DNA of 64,000 bases from an uncultured Candidatus Saccharibacteria bacterium (GTDB taxonomy: Bacteria > Patescibacteriota > Minisyncoccia > Phycocordibacterales > UBA918). Made by a program: the position numbers and the translations under genes. The stretch covers positions 3,963-67,962 of the forward strand of contig CAYGTV010000004.1 of NCBI GenBank assembly GCA_964353135.1, written 5' to 3'. Below, in pieces: positions 45,281 to 54,312 of this stretch. The notes below the pieces were generated by a model that worked only from the letters and a program-made list of their open reading frames with translations, was not told the origin of the DNA and searched no databases. The first letter of the stretch is position 1. Each line of letters opens with the position of its first letter.

Positions 45281-45320
45281 ATATAAAAGCCGCCAGGAGA
45301 GTGTCTCTCCAGGCGGCTTC
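45281..45320 (-). terminator. rho-independent terminator for 45358-45684 gene
   Basis: gccgcc..gagag-tgt-ctctc..ggcggc hairpin. On the minus transcript it is followed by TTTTATATT. Confidence 0.55.
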
Positions 45321-45357
45321 GCATGTTTAGATTGATTCTGAACTCACATAACTTGCG

Positions 45358-45684
45358 CTAGGTAAGAACTTGGTCAGTCCTTGCTTCACACAACATTGCG
45401 CATGCGATTGATCCAAAGAACGTTCCAGTCAGCAATCCGCTGAGTAAATCACCCGCAATCCCTGCTGGAATCCCAGTCGGTGCTGGCCAGATGATTCCGG
45501 CCAGCAGTCCTATGGCTATGATTACACCCATCAGTACCAATGCATAATTGCGTGTTAGCGCAAAAGCGTCCGGTTGTACGTTCAGATCTGGTCTGTGTTG
45601 TTGATCTTCATCGGTTGCGGCTCCAAACATCGGTCCAAAGAGCCCAATCAAAAAGAAAACAAAACAAAAAGCACTAAATGTCAT
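45358..45684 (-). CDS. hypothetical small membrane protein
   Basis: 108 aa with three hydrophobic segments and a terminator downstream. Confidence 0.5.
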   Translation of the reverse strand: MTFSAFCFVFFLIGLFGPMFGAATDEDQQHRPDLNVQPDAFALTRNYALVLMGVIIAIGLLAGIIWPAPTGIPAGIAGDLLSGLLTGTFFGSIACAMLCEARTDQVLT

Positions 45685-45852
45685 TACTCTATTCTCCTGT
45701 TGTGGACTGAAGGATAGTGATACATTGTTGCAAAAATTGCAAACCCTCGCACCTACTATATAATGTGTTCGCGACGGAGGTAATCGACGGGTTTTTGCAG
45801 TCGCAACTGAACAAATCGTTATTTATTGTAATTTTTCTAAGTATTTATACCT

Positions 45853-46176
45853 ATGTCAGACAAAAGTCCGATCAAACCATTGGGTGATCGAGTAATCGTC
45901 CGCCCACTTACCGACGAAGAATTAGGAACCGTATCAACTAGCGGGATTATCATTCCTGATACTGCCAAGAAAGAAAAACCAGAACAAGGAATCGTGATTG
46001 CAGCCGGACCAGGGAAATGGAACGAAGACGGCGACGCCCGGATTGCGATGGATGTACAAGAAGGAGATCGAGTAGTATTTTCAAAATACGGTTTTGATGA
46101 ACTCAAGATTGACGGAGCAGAGTACTATATCGTTGCCGAATCAAGTGTATTAGGAATCCTCAGTTCAGAGAAGTAA
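45853..46176 (+). CDS. groES: co-chaperonin GroES
   Basis: IKPLGDRVIVRPL...GIIIPDTAKEKPEQG. Confidence 0.9.
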   Translation: MSDKSPIKPLGDRVIVRPLTDEELGTVSTSGIIIPDTAKKEKPEQGIVIAAGPGKWNEDGDARIAMDVQEGDRVVFSKYGFDELKIDGAEYYIVAESSVLGILSSEK

Positions 46177-46198
46177 TTACTAACTAAAACTATTTAAT

Positions 46199-47860
46199 AT
46201 GAGTAAGGAAGTAATTTTTGGAGAAGACGTTAAGAAAAAGCTAAAAAAGGGAATCGATACCGTGGCAGACGCGGTGAAAGTCACGCTTGGACCAAGAGGT
46301 CGCAACGTGCTGCTGGACAAAGGCTACGGTGGACCGATGATCACCAATGACGGTGTATCAATCGCCAAAGACATCACTCTCAAAGACAAGTTTGAAAACA
46401 TGGGAGCGGAAATCATCAAAGAAGTCGCTAACAAAACTAATGAACTAGCTGGAGACGGAACGACAACCGCCACGGTACTGACCCAAGCACTGGTTCACGA
46501 AGGTCTCAAGCAAACCACTATGGGTGTTAACGCCATGGCGGTCCGAACTGGGATGGAGCACGCAGCGGTTGATGTGGTGGCTGCTCTCAAAGACATGTCG
46601 ACCCCGATTACCAACGTAGATGAGATCAAACAGGTAGCTACAATCTCGGCTGAAAATGCTGAGCTAGGTGAGAAAATTGCTGAAACTATCGACAAGGTAG
46701 GGAAAGACGGTGTGGTAACCGTGGAAGAGTCACAGTCATTTGGGATTGAAACTGAATTCACTGAAGGAATGCAGTTCGACAAAGGTTACGTGTCGCCATA
46801 TATGGTAACCAATCCAGAACGGATGGAATCTGAATTCAAAGATGCTCACATTCTTCTCACTGACAAGAAAATCACCGGCGTACAGGAAATCCTGCCACTG
46901 CTTGAAAAAATTGCTGCTACTGGCAAGAAAGAGCTGGTCATTATCGCAGATGATGTCGAAGGTGAAGCGTTGGCAACATTTGTTGTGAATAAACTAAAAG
47001 GTGGTTTTAGTGTGTTAGCAATCAAAGCTCCAGGATATGGCGACCGAAAGAAAGAAATCCTGGCTGATATCGCAATCACCACCGGTGGAACAGTTATTTC
47101 AGAAGATCTGGGACTTAAACTAGAAACAGTTGAGCTAGCACAGCTCGGGAAAGCAGATCGAGTGGTTGCAACCAAGGATAATACTACAATTGTTGGTGGT
47201 GGCGGAACAAAAGCAGAAATTGCGGATCGAGTAAAAGCACTTAAATCTCAGCTCAGTAGCGCTTCGAGTAAATATGATAAGGAAAAGCTGTCAGAACGAA
47301 TCGCTAAACTATCAGGCGGAGTAGCTGTGATCCGAGTTGGAGCTGCGACTGAAACTGAAATGAAGTACCTCAAACTGAAAATCGAGGATGCGGTAAACGC
47401 TACCAAGGCCGCAATTGAAGAGGGAATTGTACCCGGAGGAGGAACTTCACTCGCGCTTGCTTCAGGCATCGTGGGTGCTGCAATGGAGAAAAAGAAACTT
47501 GGTCGTGAAGAAATGATTGGTTACAGTATTGTCCTGACTGCACTGATGGCACCACTGAAACAAATTGCTGACAACACCGGGATTCTTGACGGATCGGTGG
47601 TAGCTCAGAAACTGATTGATGCGGTCAAAGCAGACCCAAAGAGTAAGATGGGCTATGACGCAGCCAAAGGAGAGATGGTCGAAAATATGATCAAAGCGGG
47701 GATTATCGACCCAGTAAAGGTTGAGCGTTCTGCAGTGCAGCACGCTGTATCTGCCGCAGCGATCCTGCTCACAACAGAATGTGCAATCGCCGACGAACCA
47801 GAAGAAGGTGGCGGAATGCCAGACATGTCCGGCATGGGCGGTATGGGAGGAATGATGTAG
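46199..47860 (+). CDS. groEL: chaperonin GroEL
   Basis: [11 protein letters not shown] motif and a C-terminal GGM repeat ([16 protein letters not shown]). Confidence 0.95.
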   Translation: MSKEVIFGEDVKKKLKKGIDTVADAVKVTLGPRGRNVLLDKGYGGPMITNDGVSIAKDITLKDKFENMGAEIIKEVANKTNELAGDGTTTATVLTQALVHEGLKQTTMGVNAMAVRTGMEHAAVDVVAALKDMSTPITNVDEIKQVATISAENAELGEKIAETIDKVGKDGVVTVEESQSFGIETEFTEGMQFDKGYVSPYMVTNPERMESEFKDAHILLTDKKITGVQEILPLLEKIAATGKKELVIIADDVEGEALATFVVNKLKGGFSVLAIKAPGYGDRKKEILADIAITTGGTVISEDLGLKLETVELAQLGKADRVVATKDNTTIVGGGGTKAEIADRVKALKSQLSSASSKYDKEKLSERIAKLSGGVAVIRVGAATETEMKYLKLKIEDAVNATKAAIEEGIVPGGGTSLALASGIVGAAMEKKKLGREEMIGYSIVLTALMAPLKQIADNTGILDGSVVAQKLIDAVKADPKSKMGYDAAKGEMVENMIKAGIIDPVKVERSAVQHAVSAAAILLTTECAIADEPEEGGGMPDMSGMGGMGGMM

Positions 47861-47880
47861 TCCTGCTTCGTTAGCTAAGT

Positions 47881-47915
47881 AAAAAGCAGCACCATGTGGT
47901 GCCGCTTTTTGTTAC
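47881..47915. terminator. bidirectional terminator after groEL
   Basis: aaaaagcagcacca-tg-tggtgccgctttttg. Confidence 0.7.
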
Positions 47916-48265
47916 AGCTCATCTCGTCTCCATAGTCTGTATCCGATCCCGTATTCACTAACAATTATCTTTCGAGCTAGCGATTGGTCGTTGGTTAACT
48001 TCCTACGTATTCGTTTGAGGTGTTCGTCTACTATCTGATGCCGTCCATCCCAGTGTGTTTCCATAGCGGATACAATAGTGTCTTTTGATCTGATTTGCTG
48101 TGGCGCTTGTAACAAAAGATACATCAACCTGAATTCCACCCTGGTTAAATGAATCTCTTGTCCACAAAAGAAAAATCGGTTCCTTCCGGGATGAATAAAA
48201 AGACCCAGGTACAATAACGGTCGAGGCCCTTTCGCTTTTCTTGAAGTGCAAACATTCATGTTCAT
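47912..48265 (-). CDS. standalone OmpR/PhoB-type winged-helix DNA-binding protein (no receiver domain)
   Basis: The trans_reg_C pattern is complete (HLTRVEFRLMYLLLQ...RIRRKL...SEYGIGYRL), but there is only a short N-terminal region. Confidence 0.6.
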   Translation of the reverse strand: MNMNVCTSRKAKGPRPLLYLGLFIHPGRNRFFFCGQEIHLTRVEFRLMYLLLQAPQQIRSKDTIVSAMETHWDGRHQIVDEHLKRIRRKLTNDQSLARKIIVSEYGIGYRLWRRDEL

Positions 48266-48367
48266 ATGATGCTTTCCTCATGCAAAGAACTCTCATTATT
48301 ATGACATGATGAAACTTCCTTTTGCACATTGTTTTGAAATTAAAAAGGCGGCCGAGCGGTCGCCTTT

Positions 48368-48595
48368 TCATTCCTCTAGTTTAATAACCATTGTGTCATC
48401 AGCTATCCATGCTGACTCATCGTCTAAAACTTGTCCTGAGCCTGAGAAGTCTTCTTTCATAGCATTGACTGCCCTCCCAGGACGATTTTTGAAAGGTTCT
48501 TCTTTGATCCATATTTCATCAAGATAGCCAAACCTTTCCCCTTCGGCAATTGATCCAAACGGGACGCGTCTGCCGAACGTGAGTAGCGTACCCAT
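48368..48595 (-). CDS. hypothetical protein
   Basis: 75-aa acidic ORF. Confidence 0.35.
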   Translation of the reverse strand: MGTLLTFGRRVPFGSIAEGERFGYLDEIWIKEEPFKNRPGRAVNAMKEDFSGSGQVLDDESAWIADDTMVIKLEE

Positions 48596-48695
48596 GTTTA
48601 CCTCCGTACGTTTGCAGTCAAAGATTACCGTACTAAAATACCATCCGTCAAGGTTTTGTGGTAAAATATTATCACTTAAAAAGTAATATTTTTTT

Positions 48696-49292
48696 ATGTT
48701 TGGATTAGGAATTGGGGTGGTAGTGTTGATTGGACTGGCAGTAGTACTGTTCTTTTACGGTGTCTACGCGTACAACATGTTTGTGCGACTTACCCAGCGT
48801 ACAAAAGAAGCGTGGGCAGATATTGACGTACAACTAAAGCGTCGCTATGACCTGATCCCAAACTTGATTGAAACCGTAAAAGGATACGCTGCGCATGAAC
48901 GGGAAACTTTTGACGCAGTAACAGCAGCCCGAGCAAACGCAACTGCAACGCACGTTGACCCGAGCAATATCACCCCAGAACAAATCAAAGCCATGGCCGG
49001 AGCCGAGGCTGCGCTTGGTGGAGCAATTGGTAACCTATTGGCTATCGCCGAAGCATACCCAGACCTCAAAGCTAGTCAAAACTTTAGTGAACTACAAACT
49101 GAACTGACTGATACAGAAAACAAAATCCAGGCAGCACGCCGTTTCTACAACACCAACGTACGGGATCTATTGATTGCCTTGCAGTCATTCCCAAGCAATA
49201 TCATTGGAAATGCATTCAACTTTACCCCGATGGAGTACTTTGAACTACCAGAAAACAGTGTTGAACGAGAGGTGGTAAAGGTGGACTTCTAG
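48696..49292 (+). CDS. lemA: LemA family protein
   Basis: N-terminal TM helix followed by YNMFVRLTQRTKEAWADIDVQLKRRYDLIPNLIETVKGYAAHE, the LemA consensus. Confidence 0.85.
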   Translation: MFGLGIGVVVLIGLAVVLFFYGVYAYNMFVRLTQRTKEAWADIDVQLKRRYDLIPNLIETVKGYAAHERETFDAVTAARANATATHVDPSNITPEQIKAMAGAEAALGGAIGNLLAIAEAYPDLKASQNFSELQTELTDTENKIQAARRFYNTNVRDLLIALQSFPSNIIGNAFNFTPMEYFELPENSVEREVVKVDF

Positions 49293-49304
49293 TTTAACTA
49301 GAGT

Positions 49305-50204
49305 ATGTCAACGGGTAATTTATATACACATCAATCAGCCAATATATTCAAAACCTATCTTTTGATGGGGTCTTTCTTATTGATGGTGATCGCCATTGGC
49401 TATGCGGCGGCGTGGTACATGGGGAATCCAGCGATTTTGTATGTTGCCGTGGCGTTTGCACTAGGGATGAATGTCTATAGTTACTGGGCGTCAGATAAAC
49501 TAGTATTACGGATGACAAACGCCGTCCCAGCCGACCCGACTCAACACCGCAACTTGATCAATATCGTTGAAAACCTATCGATCACTGCTGGTTTACCGAT
49601 GCCTAAGGTCTACGTGGTACACGACCCGGCGCCCAACGCCTTTGCCACTGGTCGTAACCCAGAGCATGCCGTGGTGGCGGCTACCACTGGTTTGCTCACG
49701 ATACTGGATCGAAATGAGTTGGAGGGGGTGATGGCACACGAACTAGCGCACGTTGGAAATCGTGACATGCTGGTGATGACAGTCGCGGTGGTCCTGGCCG
49801 GCTTTATTGCTATTTTGGCAGACTTCCTGACCCGGTCGCTGATGTTTGGTGGTGGCAACCGAGACCGCCACCCAGCCTTTTTGATTGTCGGTATCGCTGG
49901 GATTATATTGGCGCCGATCGCTGCTCAGCTGATGCAAATGGCTGTCTCACGGCGGCGCGAATACCTGGCTGACGCCACGGGTGCGCTTTTGACTCGCTAC
50001 CCAGAAGGACTAGCCTCGGCTCTAGAGAAAATCAGCGGTGCCAACATCCCGATGCAAAAAGCCTCACACGCCACCGCGCACTTGTTTATCTCTGATCCTT
50101 TTTCCGGTGAAAAGCAGGGGATTATGCAGAAAATCAGCACCATGTTCCATACGCACCCTCCAGCTGGTGAGCGTATCGCTCGGTTACGGGGGATGAATAT
50201 ATAA
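49305..50204 (+). CDS. htpX: M48 zinc metalloprotease HtpX-like
   Basis: HEXXH (MAHELAHVGNRD), four TM segments and the typical lemA-htpX pairing. Confidence 0.85.
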   Translation: MSTGNLYTHQSANIFKTYLLMGSFLLMVIAIGYAAAWYMGNPAILYVAVAFALGMNVYSYWASDKLVLRMTNAVPADPTQHRNLINIVENLSITAGLPMPKVYVVHDPAPNAFATGRNPEHAVVAATTGLLTILDRNELEGVMAHELAHVGNRDMLVMTVAVVLAGFIAILADFLTRSLMFGGGNRDRHPAFLIVGIAGIILAPIAAQLMQMAVSRRREYLADATGALLTRYPEGLASALEKISGANIPMQKASHATAHLFISDPFSGEKQGIMQKISTMFHTHPPAGERIARLRGMNI

Positions 50205-50212
50205 CATGCTGT

Positions 50213-50608
50213 ATGAAATTCTACATCGCGGGGAAATTTGAAGAAGTTAATCAGATACACGCACTGTTCGATCGTGTGCGTCAGCTGGGACATGAAATTT
50301 CCTACGATTGGACAACTCATATAAAAAGCAAGCCATATACTGAGCACGTCGATCGTATTCGTGGCTATGCCGAAAATGAATTACGGGCAATCTTGGATTC
50401 TGATGTGTTTGTATATCTCACCCATGAACGTGGCACTACACTACATATGGAATACGGTGCTGCGTTGGCCAAAAAAAGACTCGGAGGCGAAACAAAAATT
50501 TATGTAGTAGGTGAGCATAATACTCGATCTCCTTGGTACTTTAATCCACTTGTAACAAGAGTAGCTTCGGTAGACGAAGTTTTTATTGATCTAGGACTAG
50601 AAATTTAA
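50213..50608 (+). CDS. nucleoside 2-deoxyribosyltransferase-like protein
   Basis: N-terminal FYIAGKF (compare the NDT consensus YLAGP.F) and a Rossmann-like 131-aa fold. Confidence 0.45.
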   Translation: MKFYIAGKFEEVNQIHALFDRVRQLGHEISYDWTTHIKSKPYTEHVDRIRGYAENELRAILDSDVFVYLTHERGTTLHMEYGAALAKKRLGGETKIYVVGEHNTRSPWYFNPLVTRVASVDEVFIDLGLEI

Positions 50609-50611
50609 AAT

Positions 50612-51349
50612 ATGAATGAAGGTATAGAAAAACAATCTACCCCAGAAAGAGAGAGGGCACTAAAAGAAAGCGTATTAAGACTTGTTGATGAGATTCGAAA
50701 GGCAAATATACTTGTTCCACAAACATATGGTTCAGTTCGTGTGGCCGGAGCACTCAGTTTTCTTAAAGAAACCAGTACAGAGTACGACTTTACTCCGCAA
50801 GACCTAATAAATGGATATAATGCCCAGAGTAATGAGATTGATCGGATGTTGACCGAACAAATGCATGCAGCACACCGTCCTTTTAACATCAAACCAGAGG
50901 CATTTGCTGGTAAAAACGAAACAGAGGTTGTTCAGCGGATACATGATTTGTTGGGTCACCATTTAGATGTTGCACTGACTGCGACTGGTGATGCTCTTCT
51001 ACAGGCTGATGAGATGATCCCTGATGGCTATGAAGGCACCAGTCAAGATTTTACAATTAGTTTGATGCAGCCAATTTACGATGCTTTGTACCATGTCGAT
51101 ATGCGAGAAGCAATCCGAGATTACCGGAAAGATATTGCTGAGGATCGGGTTAGTAGAGAAGAATTCGCTGAAGAGCTGACTGCCATGTGGCTTCAAATCT
51201 ATATCAACTTGCTTGAAGAGCGAGGATTGATGCCTGATGATCCAAAACAACGTGAGTCGTTGGGTACGCTTTTTGAAATTGTGACTGATTCATCTGCCAG
51301 GGTCATGTCAGATGATCTAGATCAGTATATAGCGCAATTAGACGACTAG
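50612..51349 (+). CDS. hypothetical protein
   Basis: 245-aa acidic soluble ORF with no recognisable family. Confidence 0.5.
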   Translation: MNEGIEKQSTPERERALKESVLRLVDEIRKANILVPQTYGSVRVAGALSFLKETSTEYDFTPQDLINGYNAQSNEIDRMLTEQMHAAHRPFNIKPEAFAGKNETEVVQRIHDLLGHHLDVALTATGDALLQADEMIPDGYEGTSQDFTISLMQPIYDALYHVDMREAIRDYRKDIAEDRVSREEFAEELTAMWLQIYINLLEERGLMPDDPKQRESLGTLFEIVTDSSARVMSDDLDQYIAQLDD

Positions 51350-51359
51350 AATTGATTGC

Positions 51360-51398
51360 AGAAGGCCGCCTCAAAGGGCGGCCTGTCTAATTTTTGTC
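51360..51398. terminator. bidirectional rho-independent terminator
   Basis: aggccgcc-tcaaag-ggcggcct followed by AATTTTTGT. Confidence 0.75.
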
Positions 51399-51404
51399 TT
51401 CACG

Positions 51405-51920
51405 TTATATTTGTGCTGCAACCCAGAGGCCTACGGTATTTATCTGTATATGTAGTAGGAGACACATCAACAACGCGGTTAACCAGTTGTTTCGCTTGAG
51501 GAAATAATATCCAAACCAAAAAAGGATCAATCCACCGGTGCCAGGTATCAAGATCGCTCCCGCATTCATTCCATGAAGTGATCCAAAGATAATTGAAGAA
51601 GTGAGTGCGATGACCCAGATATAAGCAATCCGAGGTGTAAACCAGCTTATAAAGGCAAAAGGAATTCCCCGGAAAAGCAGTTCTTCAATAACCACCACCT
51701 TCAGGACTAAGAGATAGAACTGGCGGTCAATAGTTATTCCATTGCCGACGGCTTCTGAAACAGCATTGATTGGTAGTCCAGCATTGAACTGAATCAATAT
51801 CTGATAACTCAAAAAGCTACACAGAATATAGAAAAAATAACACAGCTGGAGAAGAGCGAAGTCTTTTAGAAAACGCATAGGGATACTCCTTCTGTTGCGC
51901 GTCTGGAAGTTTTGTATCAT
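51405..51920 (-). CDS. CPBP-family intramembrane glutamic endopeptidase (CAAX protease/Abi)
   Basis: EELLFRG motif 1, FGSLHG motif 2 and multiple TM segments. Confidence 0.75.
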   Translation of the reverse strand: MIQNFQTRNRRSIPMRFLKDFALLQLCYFFYILCSFLSYQILIQFNAGLPINAVSEAVGNGITIDRQFYLLVLKVVVIEELLFRGIPFAFISWFTPRIAYIWVIALTSSIIFGSLHGMNAGAILIPGTGGLILFWFGYYFLKRNNWLTALLMCLLLHIQINTVGLWVAAQI

Positions 51921-51961
51921 GTATAAGAATGCTCTGCAAATATGCTATAAATATTGATCCT

Positions 51962-52048
51962 GGAGAGATGGCAGAGTGGTCGATCGCGCATCCTTGGAAA
52001 GGATGTATACGTGAAAACGTATCGGGGGTTCGAATCCCCCTCTCTCCG
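51962..52048 (+). tRNA. tRNA-Ser (anticodon GGA)
   Basis: Acceptor GGAGAGA/TCTCTCC, anticodon stem-loop CATCC-TTGGAAA-GGATG, a long variable arm (TATACGTGAAAACGTATC) and T-arm GGGGG-TTCGAAT-CCCCC. The CCA is not encoded. Confidence 0.8.
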
Positions 52049-52104
52049 CTCAGTATATAAGTGAATCCTGTCTTCTCCGGAGATTTGCTTGTTATACTAT
52101 TGAT

Positions 52105-52623
52105 ATGAAAAAACAGGACTTGCTAAACATTCTTTTTACCTTTGTGGTTGGGCTAGTGGTCGGCGTGTATATGTTTTTTGCTGGATTTGCGCCAACTACA
52201 GCGGTGATTGAAGATACTGTGCAAGAGATCGGTCTGACATTGATAGTGACAGGTGAAGCCTATGGTGGGTGTGATCGCGCTGGAACGTGTCCTTCGTTTA
52301 ACATTGCTGATAATGGCAACTATCGTTATTCGTATACACCTCGTGGTGCTACCGCCCAGGTGCTACGTGAGGGGTCGCTACCGCTAGCAATTCAGCAGGA
52401 TTTGAAACGCTACGCGACGGCTGTTGCACTAGAGAAATTTAGTGAGCCAGTTGATCCAGTCATGTGTGAATCGTTTGTGGACGGGATTGATGTTCGGTAT
52501 ATCATCGAACTAGAAGATGAAGTATATGAATTGGACTCTTGTGGAACTAACGTCGACGCTGACACTAAATTGTGGGAGACACTGGCTGGATTGTGGTACT
52601 ACTTTGATGGTTCGCAGCGGTAG
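52105..52623 (+). CDS. hypothetical membrane-anchored protein (4 Cys)
   Basis: N-terminal TM helix and an extracytoplasmic Cys-containing domain. Confidence 0.5.
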   Translation: MKKQDLLNILFTFVVGLVVGVYMFFAGFAPTTAVIEDTVQEIGLTLIVTGEAYGGCDRAGTCPSFNIADNGNYRYSYTPRGATAQVLREGSLPLAIQQDLKRYATAVALEKFSEPVDPVMCESFVDGIDVRYIIELEDEVYELDSCGTNVDADTKLWETLAGLWYYFDGSQR

Positions 52624-52765
52624 ATTTGCTTGAATATTTGGTTTTGTGTTTCGTAGTTTGAAAGGGGGTTTTAGGTAGGTCGTAGTAATAGAGGTAGCAG
52701 TCATTATGGCTGGTGCACTAGCTAGATCTTACAAAAAACTGAAATTTGAAACACTATAGAAGTAT

Positions 52766-53398
52766 ATGAAAACAACATCTAAATCATTGTTTGTTGCAGT
52801 AGCTGCGTTTGCGGTCACAGCTTCAGGCGTGCATGCATTTGGTAGCACTGAACTACTAACCAGAGCCGGACTAAGTGATGAACAGGTAGTGGCGGTCCAA
52901 GAAGCACAAGAGCTGAAGGTGATGGGAGATATGAAAGGTGCCAAAGAAGTACTTGAATCAGCCGGAGTTACCAAACAGACGATGCAACAAATCAGAGAGG
53001 TTGCAAAAGAGGCAAAACGGGCAGTACACGCCGCAGTAGAAGCAAATGACTACGACGCATTTGTGGTGGCAGTAGCGGACTCACCACTGGCAGACGTGAT
53101 TACCTCTGAAGCTGAATTTGAGCAGTTTGTAGAAGCGCACGAACTACGAGCGTCTGGTGACAAGGATGGAGCGAAAGAGCTGCTAGAAAGTCTGGGCGTA
53201 GATACAAAAAAGCATGGTAAGAAACATGGCGGGCACAAAGGGTTGCGAACACACGCTCACGCTCACGAGTTGCTTACAAACGAGCAGCGTGAAGCATTGC
53301 AGGTAGCCCACAAAGCAAACGACAAAGAGGCTGTTCGAGCGATATTTGCTGAGGTTGGAATTGACCTGCCGCACAAAGGAAGTTCACGGAGTCGGTAA
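52766..53398 (+). CDS. secreted repeat protein with His-rich segment
   Basis: Signal peptide (FVAVAAFAVTASGVHA), three copies of an about 35-aa helical repeat (xxEQxxAxQEAxELKxxGDxxGAKExLES.GV) and HGKKHGGHKGLRTHAHAHE. A terminator follows. Confidence 0.55.
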   Translation: MKTTSKSLFVAVAAFAVTASGVHAFGSTELLTRAGLSDEQVVAVQEAQELKVMGDMKGAKEVLESAGVTKQTMQQIREVAKEAKRAVHAAVEANDYDAFVVAVADSPLADVITSEAEFEQFVEAHELRASGDKDGAKELLESLGVDTKKHGKKHGGHKGLRTHAHAHELLTNEQREALQVAHKANDKEAVRAIFAEVGIDLPHKGSSRSR

Positions 53399-53416
53399 GG
53401 TTTATTGTCTAGAGTG

Positions 53417-53452
53417 TAAACGGCGGCACCATAGGTGCTGCCGTTTTGTTTG
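53417..53452 (+). terminator. rho-independent terminator
   Basis: aaacggcggcacc-atag-gtgctgccgtttt followed by GTTTGT. Confidence 0.8.
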
Positions 53453-53471
53453 TGTATAATGGAGTGACTAT

Positions 53472-54119
53472 ATGCGTATACTACTCGCTGCGATCATTAT
53501 TGTGCTTCCTAACCTAGCTCAGGCTTTTGTTGTGGTCGAAACTGACATCAGTCGACCGTATGAGGTGTTCCCGATTGAAAGTGCACTACCGATTGAGACT
53601 GGGTACCTGGGCACGCTTGATAACTACCCAGTTATGTACGAAGTCCACTCAGAAGAACCATTTACCTTTACAGCCCAGCTGCAACAGCCAGCTAGTCGAC
53701 CAGCTGAGCCACTATCGCTACTACTGATCCGACGCAACGACCGAGGTGGCGGAGTGACTGAAATTGCCCGGCAAACTATCAATCCAGCTGACTGGATGCG
53801 AGAGCGCGATAGTTTGGTCGGGATGACATTTCTAACGGCAGACTTGCTCGAGGTAGATGTTGAACCAGGAACCTACCGCCTAGAGGTCAGCAGTCCCAAC
53901 AACCTCGCTCAGTATCTACTGACAGTCGGCGATGAAGAGCAGGATACCGGGTACGTTGAGCAGTTGGGCTATATCCGCCAGACCCAGTCGTATTTTGGGT
54001 ATGGTTTCTTTACCATGTTGCGCTCGTCGCTGGTGTACTACCCAATTGGGATTTTGCTTCTCCTGGGGGCGATTTTCCAAACCTGGCGGTTTGCCAGTAA
54101 ACGACGGAGTAATGCTTAA
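53472..54119 (+). CDS. hypothetical secreted protein with C-terminal TM anchor
   Basis: Signal peptide (LLAAIIIVLPNLAQA) and a C-terminal TM segment (YYPIGILLLLGAIF) followed by RFASKRR. Confidence 0.5.
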   Translation: MRILLAAIIIVLPNLAQAFVVVETDISRPYEVFPIESALPIETGYLGTLDNYPVMYEVHSEEPFTFTAQLQQPASRPAEPLSLLLIRRNDRGGGVTEIARQTINPADWMRERDSLVGMTFLTADLLEVDVEPGTYRLEVSSPNNLAQYLLTVGDEEQDTGYVEQLGYIRQTQSYFGYGFFTMLRSSLVYYPIGILLLLGAIFQTWRFASKRRSNA

Positions 54120-54312
54120 AGCAATCATTATCGTAGCGTTTGCGGTTGGTTTGTTCTATTTCGGTGCCACAATTCTCGAACCTGGTAGTGATTTCGATGA
54201 AGTGGTGAAGGGCTGGTTTTGGTGATTGACCAAATCGCCTTAACAAGGCATACTGTGCCCGTTATTCCCGCTTGGGTGCGGGACTTTTATTTTCACTCAA
54301 TTTATCTTATTT

